From NCBI GenBank assembly GCA_021613535.1, contig CP075495.1, positions 868,001 to 932,000 of the forward strand: a stretch of DNA of 64,000 nucleotides. The letters are read 5' to 3'. The notes beneath the pieces are model-generated. The model saw only the letters and a list, made by a program, of their open reading frames with translations. It searched no databases and was not told the DNA's origin. How positions within the stretch are numbered: position 1 is the first letter of the stretch; each line of letters starts with the position of its first letter. Shown in pieces: positions 37,450 through 47,711 of this stretch. The translations under genes were made by a program, and so were the position numbers. This stretch comes from Adineta vaga (Eukaryota; Animalia; Rotifera).

Positions 37450-38564
37450 ATGAATTTAAAATTAATCTTTTTATTAATGATATCATTGACATTTGGTACA
37501 TTAATTGGATATTATTTTCGACACGTAATGTCAAATAGTTTATCGTATTTACCAAATATAAATCTTCAATTTGATCAACATAAAACATTAAAATTAGGAT
37601 CACATATTCAATTGATTGATTTTAATAGAACAATTACAAATAATTTTACTTGTATTAAATCAAAAATATTATTTGATTTATTTCAAACAACATTTTGTTT
37701 ATATGATACTAAGAAAGATGTTTATGTTAGTGGAACAATTATGAGTCAAAAAATTTGGGAAGAAAATCTTGTTACAAAAATTTTACGAATATTATTAAAA
37801 AATCCTGATTATGGTAAGATAATTTATCTTTCCTATATTTATATAGAAAAAGTATTGTTTTTCTTTTGTAATAATAGCTATGATTGATATTGGTGCGAAT
37901 ATTGGTACTTATACAATGTATTCATCATCAATTGGTCGTAAAACAATATCAGTTGAATGTTATCAACCAAATATAGATCGACTTGTTCGAGCTATACAAA
38001 TTGAAAATGTTTCAAAACATATAATTTTAATTGGAAATGCGATTTATAATCAATCAGGAGAATTTTTAGAATTATCAAAAGATAATTCAAATATTGGTGG
38101 ACAAGGTATAATAACAAATGAAACAATCGAACAATCATCATTAACATCGACTGGTTTTCGAGGTTATTTAATAAATAGAAATTTTTGAAAATATATCAAA
38201 TTTTATATTTATAGTTATTACAACACGTTTTGATGATTTATATCCTATATTAATTAATAATCAAATTTCAAATGCAATTATGAAAATTGATATACAATTA
38301 TCGGAAATATTTTTAGTTCAATCAGGATATAAAATATTTGATTCAATTAATATAATTTTTGTACAAATGGAATGGTCTGATATTAAATTAAATCGATATT
38401 ATGCAGATTTTATTATTGAATTTTTTACTCAACGAAATTATTTACCAGTAGCAACGAATAATTGTCAAATATTAAATTCAACAACAACGAATTATACAAC
38501 ATGGGGTACACCACATGATATTTATTGGATTAAGTCAAATTATTATCAAATTTGTCAAACTTAA
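37450..38564 (+). CDS. FkbM family methyltransferase with N-terminal signal/anchor (3 exons)
   Basis: IDIGANIGTYT and MKIDI motifs; introns at about 37815-37877 and 38163-38214. Confidence 0.85.
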
Positions 38565-39084
38565 AAATTTCGGAATATGTTCATCAATCATCTATCAAAA
38601 GAGTACAGTCTACGACGAATGTTTAAGAGAAACTTTTTTTTCTAGACATTAATAAGTAGCTATCATAATAAAAGACTCTTTTAATATTTCGTCTATTTCT
38701 CACCTATAACTATGTGCTAGAGAATGGATACATTATGTATGATTAGAATAAACAAATTATCGAATTGATTCTTAGAACTCATTCAAATACACATACCTTA
38801 TTCGAATACAATGATTCTCATAATATATACAAGCGTGACACTTATTGTTTTGATCATAATGATATTAAAATAATTACATCGATATAATAATTTAAATTTC
38901 ATTAATTTTCTTTTATTTTCCTTACAAATAAAAAACAGCCGTATGGCTTTTTACCAAACAAATCTGTATTACACGTACATCTTATAGAAATGTATGTCAG
39001 AGCAATCGAATATTGATTTATAAGCAACTCATTCTTTTCCAACTCGTGTACATTTCATTCCTTTGTTTACAGTGAATAGAAGTT

Positions 39085-39828
39085 ATGCGTCGTATTGTCA
39101 CTGCATCAATTCGACCATTTTCAGAACGAACTCGTAGAAAACCAGATCTTACACCTGGAAATAATCCTATTATTACCGTAAAAACTTCATATTGACTAAA
39201 TTTCTTTATTTTTCTCGTCTATATATCAATTGAATAGTCATCAATATTGAGTGCACGAAGACAAAGACGTGAAGAACATCAAAAACAAGCATTAAATATC
39301 TCAAAATCTTCAGCTAAATCAACGAGAGAGATTTCAGTAGTATTTGCCGTCAATAACAATGATCAAACTCATTCATCGCCACCACCTCCAGTAAGAAAAA
39401 GATGATGATATGATTTATTTCTCTCTGTTCAAATAGGTTATATCATCTGCATTACTTCATCCAGCGTCCCTTAACGAAATTTTACGTGAGAATAAAAAGT
39501 AAATGATATTTTGTCAAAAGTTTTCATCTAGATGATTGTTTTCTGTTAGATCGTATGATAAACGTAAAAGCAAATATCGACGATTTTTAAAAATTTTACT
39601 TCCAATTGTTTGTATCACTGCTGCATTAGCGATTGGTGGAGCACTTTTCGGTACTTTCTATAAGTCACCAACAACAAGTAAGTCAATTCAGTTTTGTTCT
39701 TAAGAATAATAAGAACATTGCCAGGTCAAACTTTCCATGGGTTCTTCTTTGAAAAAAATCTTAGAATTAATCAATTTTTTCTCTCGTGATCTTGATACTT
39801 ATTATTTTGTTTTGTTCTTTATTTTAGC

Positions 39829-39863
<35 letters not shown>

Positions 39864-41229
39864 GTACGACTAGTAGTAAGTTTCTCGTTCTATCATTGAA
39901 TTAACAGAAATATCTTTTGTACTTATTAGCAACAACATCAGCCAGTAAATTCAACGAAATCATCTTTTTATAATTTTATTCTTTAATTCTTTTTCAGCAA
40001 CAACAACAAGTAAGTTTCAATTCGTGAAAACATCAGTTAATACTTATCAAAACTCGATTCATTCTATTAGCTACATTCACATCAAGTAAGATCACATTTG
40101 TCTTATACAAAAAATCATTATTTCTTTTTTCGTAGCAACAACAACCACAACAACCACAACAACAACGTGTAATTCGATGACTTTCTCATTTGAATTTAAA
40201 TTACTTTTTTGTTTTTTAGCAACATCATCATCTACCTCAAGTACGAGTACAAGCACAACTTCTGAAACAACAAGTAAATATTTATAGTACGTCAAATAAA
40301 ATTGTTCATACTTTTATTCTAGCAACGGAAACAACGACATCAACAACTACAGAAAGTACAACAACAACCGGTAAGGATATTCCTTAAATAATTGTAAAAT
40401 ATTGAATAATTTGTATAGCATGTTATTTCGGTGATGATTATGTTCATTTAACAGATGGAGGACAACGACAAATTAAGAATTTAAAAGTTGGCGATCGAGT
40501 TTGGTCATTGACTAGAGATGATCAATATTTAATTGAAGATCGAATTATGGTTATACCACATGCTGGACCAAAAACGCTAAGTTTGTATAAAATCATTTTC
40601 AATTGAGATTAATCATTTAAATGAATTTCTTCAAAATTAGCTGATTTTTATACATTTACAACGATTGAAGAACAAGCAATTAGTTTAACCGATACACATT
40701 ATCTCGTTATTTTTGATAAGAAAGATAAAATAATGAAAACAATTTCAGCTTCTCAAGTAACACTTGATCATCAATTAGTTATGATTAATCGTACAATAGA
40801 TTTGAAAACAATTGTATTAACAAAACGTATTGGTTTCTATTCACCAATAACAATAAGCGGATATTTACTGGTTAATAATCTTTCAACATCAGTTTATAGT
40901 GATTTGTAAATAACATTAATAATTCAACATATAAATTTCTTTCTTGTATTTTTTTCTCTAGTTTTCATGCATCCCATGATTTTCATCATGGTTTGACCGG
41001 TCCAGCTCGTGCTTATTACAATCTAACAATATGGCTTTTTGGAGATAATTATCATCCATTTGGATCTGATATATCAGAAGAATTGCATCCATTATCAGCT
41101 TTAGTTATAGTTATACATGATTCAATTCAATATTTATATTCTTCTTTACTTTTACCCTTTTGTATTATTATAGTGATCTATTTAACTCAAAGAAATTTTT
41201 ATCTAAATAAAGTTTCTAGTTTAGTTTGA
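39085..41229 (+). CDS. TM anchor + micro-exon-encoded Thr-rich stalk + Hog (Hint/SRR) autoprocessing domain, 14 exons
   Basis: Manual GT-AG splicing gives one open frame: 39085-39177, 39238-39390, 39437-39498, 39550-39677, 39828-39875, 39930-39944, 39998-40009, 40071-40085, 40136-40168, 40220-40273, 40323-40370, 40419-40580, 40641-40905, 40962-41229. Hint motifs A|CYFGDDYV...LKVGDRV, LTDTH, GFYSPIT.SGYLLVNN. Confidence 0.85.
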
Positions 41230-43222
41230 ATCCGTGTCTTTAATAAGTAATCCATATGTTCGAATGTTTTCAGGGAGTTGAACAACCCAAACATCATCAT
41301 TGGCACAGTAAATACCATCGGGATTTACAGCTACTTGTAACATAATTTTGTAAGACTTCTTTCCGAGTTTAGTGTCTATAGTAGCTGTACCAACATAAGA
41401 TTTTTCAACAAAAGTCGGTCTTGGAGAACAATAAACACCGTCCCCGTAAGCCGTCGTTCTTGCCGAACGAAATCCTTTGTTATAAATACTAATAGCAGCA
41501 TCAAAAGGTAAAGTATCAGGATTGACTTCGATGTTCAAATCAACAAAATCTTCTGCTTTTGCATTTTTTGTTCCATGAAAAGCTCTATGCCAGTTTTCAT
41601 CATCTCCAAACGGTTCTAACCATTTCTTATCGCCATATCTATTTAATACTTTCCATCCGTGTCGATTCCAACCAGTTGGTTGAATATACATTTTTTTTCG
41701 GTCCAATGGACCAATAAGAAACGTTCCAGTTTCATTTGTAAAATCTTTATCTCCAAGTTTATCTAAACATGCAACATCAAATGTTGGTCGATACAATAAT
41801 GGATGTATTTTATTCACTACAGATTGTTTGAATTGATTCTTTATTCGTTTCGATAGTTCTTGTAAATCTTCTGCTGTATTATCTTTCGGTACTGTTACTA
41901 AATAAACAAAATTCATTGAACTAAGATATACATTTGTTATAACAATATTTTTCTTCTCAGTATTATGTGCTATTGCTAATCGTTCGATAATTTGATCAAG
42001 AACTGGATGTGATCGATTTTCTTTAATTGTACGATCAAATGTTTGAATAACATTGAATTCATCTTCTTCACCAGTAAATTCATTAATATTATCTAATTTT
42101 AAAACATATGGTTTATGTTCAAAACCAATATCAGCAAAATTTCCAAATGTATTATAAAGATTAACATCTTGAGTCGAATCAAAAAATAAACATTGGTGAT
42201 TTTCATTTTCAAATAATTGATTAATAACATGATAAACTGTATCCTTTTGATTTACTTCTCCCGATGGTGATTCGGATAGAATTGATCGAGTATATTCTTC
42301 AGCTTTTCTAATATTTTCATTTTCGGGATCGGTTATTTCATCAATATCTGGTAAACTATCATAACAAGCTTTTAAATCAGCTTGTTCTTTCAAAATGATT
42401 TCTTTTTCTTCAGGTTTCACTATATCCCATAGAGAAACTGGTGGAGGAACAAAAATATAGTTGAGAAAAACATTTTCATTCTGTTTTAATCCATTAATAG
42501 ACAATGGTCGTTGATTTTCATTGCTTTCTTCAAACACATCATTTGATATTTGCTGAAAAAGATCATTAATACCGATATTTTCTTTAGTAATATTTTTTAA
42601 TAAATTTCTAATAAATAAATTATTCGAACTTGCTTCATTCTGAGCACAAGCAAATTGAATGAATGTTCCATCTATCGAATGAATTGTACATAAACCTTTG
42701 TTTTTCATCGAAGCTGAAAGAAATACAAAGAACATTTTCTGATAATTCTTAAACTAATTCCTTACAATTCGATGTTGATAAATCATTTGATCTATATGGT
42801 CTACAACAATCTAAGATAAATATATTCACATACGATGAATTCTTGTCTAATATACGTTTTAACATTCGATCAAAATTAATCCCAAAATCTTCAACATCTC
42901 TTTCTGTTTTGATCCAAGTATCATTAATCGGTATCAAATAATTTGTACCGTTTACTTGATAACCATGACCAGAGTAATAAAACAAAACTATATCACCATG
43001 TTGAATTGTCTTTGAAAAATTGATGATCTGTGTAGTCATATCATATTTCTCTAAATCCGATGCTATAACCACATCGAAACCAATTTTTATTAGTAAATCA
43101 TTGAGCTCTTGAATAGTTTCAATCGATTCATTAAGTTCATTGTCTGTTCGTTGATAACTTGCATTACCAATCAAGAGAGCGATTTTTCGATGGTTCAATG
43201 AACTTTCATCCGAAGTTGCCAT
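41221..43222 (-). CDS. Caspase-like (peptidase C14) protease fused to a PARP/NEURL4-like ADP-ribosyltransferase domain
   Basis: ATG 43222; intron 42714-42765. Caspase motifs RKIALLIGN..Y, FYYSGHG, ILDCCR; C-terminal AFHGT...YGDGVYCSP...MLQVAVNP...IRTYGLLIK. Confidence 0.85.
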
Positions 43223-43393
43223 GTCAGTATGTTCGCGTTTTATTTTTATTAACTTTAAGTTGGAAGAAAAGAAAAATGTTGTAAATATTCGTATTAACTG
43301 ATAATCAAAATTTCTTTTCTTATCAAAAGACAAATATATAAAACTGTCTTCTTATTTTTCGCCGATTCACTGTGGTATTTTTATGTGTTCGAC

Positions 43394-45144
43394 ATGGCAA
43401 ATACAAATCATCGAAAAGTCGCTTTAATTATTGGAAATGGTAATTACAATCGAGCAGAAAATAAACTAAATCAATCTGTAAAGAATGCGAATGATTTAAG
43501 TAATTTATTACAAACAATAGATTTTGATCAAATCGAAGTGCATACTGATATCAAACGAGATGACAAAATGAATGTTATAGTTCGACAATTTGCGGATACG
43601 ATTCAAGATGGAGATTTAATTTTGTTCTATTTTTCTGGTCATGGTTATCATGTGGATAATAAAGATTATTTAATACCTATTGATGACAAGCAAATACAAA
43701 ATGATCAAGATATTCTCGATTTTTCTATCAATGTTGAAAATATAATTAAATTATTTATAGAAAAGAATAAATCATATGTGACAATATTCATTTTTGATTG
43801 TTCGACACCATATCATTGGCAAAATCAATTAACATCGGATGGTTCGTTACACAGTAAAGATAATCTCATTAAACTAATATATATTTCTTTTTTAGGTTCA
43901 ATAAAAGGAATTGAGATAGATAATACAGAATCATCTATTGGCGCATCAATACAATTTATCTGTAGTAGTAGTAGTAGTAGTAGTAATCAAGTACAAGGTA
44001 ATGATCAAATTACGAATTCAAATAATATATTCAACAAACATTTACTTGATAATCTTGGTGAAGAAAATGTGACTGTTACAGATATTTTCAAACGTATAGA
44101 AAATCTTGTATATCGAGAAAGTAATCGAACACAACATCCATTGATTATCAGTCAATTGCAACAACATCAAGAAGTCTATCTCAATAAAATGATTAGTGGT
44201 ATGAAAAGCTTTTATTGAATCTCTACGGGAATATTGTTTTTATCATTTTAGTTGTACCGAATATTCCTCCCAATGCTCGATGGAAATCGAAAGCTGTTAC
44301 TATTATTGGTGGAATAATAAATGATGTCTATAGTCCACGAGGTATTTATGTCAATGATAATCAAACAATTTTCGTGGCTGATACTGGTCATGATCGTGTG
44401 ATGGCATATACAGATGATGCAAGAAAAGCGAAACGAATAAGTAGAAAAAAAGCCTATGATCGATTACATCGACCTTCGACTATGATTCAAGATATAAAGT
44501 CAAAGAATTTAATCATTTGTGATCGTGGATATCGACGAGTATTACAATGGAATAGAAAAACTGGTACATATACACAGATAATCAAAGAAAATATGGCGTG
44601 TTTTGGTCTAGCTATGGATAATGAAGGATGTCTTTATGTATCGGATACAGAACGACATGAAGTGAGACGATATGAACCTGATTGTAAACATGGAACAATT
44701 GTCGCAGGTGGTCAAGGTGAAGGTTATCGACTTTCTCAATTGAATCATCCGACATATATTTTTGTTGATGCCGAACAATCTGTTTATGTATCAGATTGTT
44801 TAAATAATCGTGTTGTCAAATGGGAAAGAGATGCAAAGAAAGGAATTATTGTTGCTGGTGGTCATGGACATGGTAAAACTGCTGGTCAATTATATCGTCC
44901 TGCAGGATTAATTGTTGATCGATCAGGTACAGTTTATGTAGCTGATCATTGGAATAATCGAATTATGCGTTGGCGTCAAGGTAAAGAATATGGTGAAATA
45001 ATTGTCGGTGATAAATATCTTGCAGGAAATGGTTTACATGAATTAAATGGTCCTGAAGGTATTGCATTTGATCGAGATGGTAATCTTTATGTTGTTGATT
45101 CTTACAATAATCGAATTCAACGTTTTGATATTCAAACTGATTGA
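43394..45144 (+). CDS. Caspase-like domain (catalytic Cys->Ser) fused to NHL beta-propeller repeats
   Basis: ATG 43394; introns 43842-43895 and 44199-44251. RKVALIIGN, FYFSGHG, IFDCST; NHL repeats such as LNGPEGIAFDRDGNLYVVDSYNNRIQRF. Confidence 0.87.
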
Positions 45145-45216
45145 ATAAATCGTAGAATTTGTTTTTATTTTCTATTATAATTTCAATTAGAGAATAAAAG
45201 AATGTCTCATTCTTCT

Positions 45217-45741
45217 TTAATTATCAGGAGAAGTAGTATCACCTTCGCCAATGTTTTTTTCCATCAGAAACACATCAAGCCATCGATTGAATTTCCAACC
45301 GCATGATTTGAAAGTTCCAACATGTGAAAAACCAAGAAATCGATGAAGAGCAACCGATCTTTCATTTAAACAATCACCAATTACAGCTATCATTTTTCGA
45401 ATACCTTCTAGTTCAGCTTTTGCTATCAATGCACTCAATAATTGTCGACCAAAACCTTGACCACATGCATCTTTATGAAAAAAGATCGATAATTCAGTTG
45501 CAAAACGATAAGCAGCACGTGGTTTAAACCAATTACACGATGCATAACCAACAACTAAACCATCTTGTTCTGCAACTAAATAAGGTAAATGTTTATTCAA
45601 AACATCTCGTCGTCGATTAGCCATTTCTTCAATTGATGGTGCTTCAATTTCAAATGTATACGTTGTATTCAATACATAATAACTATAAATTTCCGTTATA
45701 CGAACAATATCGTCATCGCGACTAGGACGAATTGTAATCAT
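45217..45741 (-). CDS. GNAT N-acetyltransferase, phosphinothricin acetyltransferase/YncA-like, bacterial type
   Basis: Intronless. FKPRAAYRF, GQGFGRQLL (acetyl-CoA binding), HRFLGF..VG...GWKFNRWLD. Confidence 0.9.
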   Translation of the reverse strand: MITIRPSRDDDIVRITEIYSYYVLNTTYTFEIEAPSIEEMANRRRDVLNKHLPYLVAEQDGLVVGYASCNWFKPRAAYRFATELSIFFHKDACGQGFGRQLLSALIAKAELEGIRKMIAVIGDCLNERSVALHRFLGFSHVGTFKSCGWKFNRWLDVFLMEKNIGEGDTTSPDN

Positions 45742-45854
45742 GATTGTTGTTTCTATAGGGAGGATAAAGTCAATGTAAAATGAAAACAAAGATATGCTCT
45801 TTCTTTTCTTTTTTTTTTGTTCTTATCAGTTGAAGAGAATAAAGACAACGTCAT

Positions 45855-47502
45855 ATGAAAACCGTTGCTATTGTTGGTGCTGGTGCAGCTGGTCTTATTA
45901 CAGCAAAAGTTTTACTTATCGATGGTTTTAATGTCACTATATTTGATAAATATTCCACATTAGGTGGAATTTGGTCAACAATGGATCGTATTATAATTTA
46001 CATACACAACAACCAGGAGGAACAATGGAATTTTCTGATCTTTACGATGGTGAAGGTAAATTGATTGGTAGATTTCAAAGATCAATTTATTTCTATATTA
46101 TTCTTTAGAATATGCATCTTGGGAACATGTATATGAATATTTATGTGAATATGCTGATAAATTTAATCTGAAATCTCATATTCGATTATATAGTCGTGTT
46201 ATTTCGATTTCGAAAATCAATCTTCATAATCCTGATGAATCTTGGTGTATTAAAATCGAATCAATATCGAAGAATTCTTCATCATCATCATCATCATCAA
46301 TTGAAATCTTCAATTTTGATTTTGTCGTTGTTGCTAGTGGTTTATTTTCTCAATATCGTATGCCGAATTTTCGTGGTCAAGAAAAATTTCTTGGCTCAAT
46401 CGTACATTCTAATGAAATTAAAACACGTGATCAATTGATTAATAAAAATATTTTGGTTATTGGCGGTGGAAAAAGTGCTATTGACATGGCAATTAATGTT
46501 GCAACTGTATCAAATCGATGTGATATGATTTTTCGACGAATTTATGTTATTCTTCCATTGAAAATACTTCATGGTTATCTATCAATTCGATATATGTTTA
46601 CTTGCTTTCAAGCATTCATATCTGATCCGTATCCATTAGCACCACATGGCCGATTATTTCGATTAGCACATCGATATTTCGAGAATATTTTGTTAAAAAT
46701 AAGACAGATGATTGCAGCGAATTTTACAGCATCAAATGCACCGATTTTATATGATGATGGTGTATTTCGACCTCGATATCAATTTAAAGATGGTATACTT
46801 AGTTTTCCTGTTCCAACGATATTTACTGAATTGAAAGGACAAAATCGTATTCAAGGACATATTGGTTCTATTGAGGAAATTATCGATTCGAAAACGATTC
46901 GATTAGATAATGGAAAAGTTTTTAATTCTGTTGATATGATTATCTGTTCAACAGGTCATTATCTTCGTTTTCCATTCTTTTCGGATGATGATGCTCGTAC
47001 AATGGGTTTACCATATGGACAATCGAATGATTTGGATCTCTATCGTCGTCTTGTACCTATTGATGTACCAAATATTGCTTTTATTGGTTATATTTCATCG
47101 AGTGGAACATGGATGATTGATGAAGTTGCAGCACATTGGATATCGGATTATTTTCATGGCATGTCATTACTTCCTAGTCGAATAGAAATGCAAAATGAAA
47201 TTAAAATTATACGTGATTTTATACGTAATCGATTTGGTGTTACTGCTCCGCATACTCGAACGTATTGGCTTGAATTGATTGAAATTTATCTACAAGATAT
47301 GCGTCTTCCATTGAGACGAACTAATAATTGGTGGACAGAAAATTTCGGTGTCTATCGACCAAATCGTTTGAAGAAATTACATGAACAAAGACAGGCACGA
47401 GATCATGATTGGCCGCCTTTGTCAAATCAATTTTACTTTAGTTTTCTACATTTCATATTAAGTTTATGTATCATTTTTTCTTGTATTTATTCTTATTATT
47501 AG
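45855..47502 (+). CDS. Flavin-containing monooxygenase with one frameshift near 45980 (pseudogene or sequence error)
   Basis: GAGAAG, GGIW, FLGSIVHSNE (FxGxxxHSxx), VIGGGKSA; intron 46056-46108. The motif LHTQQPGGTMEFSD is out of frame with the start ATG. Confidence 0.8.
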
Positions 47503-47711
47503 CTATTTTTTCTATTCTCTTCTCTCTGAATCATTATCGAAAATAAAAAAACAAATATATTTTCTATATGATAAACAACTAACACAAGGTGAAATAGCAA
47601 AGAAGGTAAACAATCGATGTTTTTTTCTTTTTCTAAATTCTACCTATAATATATATATATAAAGACTTTTGAATAGAATCAATCAAATAACAGAGAGAGA
47701 GAGAGAAAATA

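Noticed and set aside
39828-40370. Regularly spaced (ACA)n units resembling a CRISPR array or satellite
   Set aside because: The units are bounded by AG/GT splice sites and encode Thr runs; they are micro-exons in a eukaryotic gene.
40419-40905. Possible true intein (protein splicing)
   Set aside because: It lacks the terminal His-Asn + Cys/Ser/Thr motif and has a Hog-type ending with an SRR-like extension.
22255-47502. Possible bacterial or fungal contamination
   Set aside because: AT content is uniform, and the genes are interleaved with intron-containing host-type genes without operon structure.
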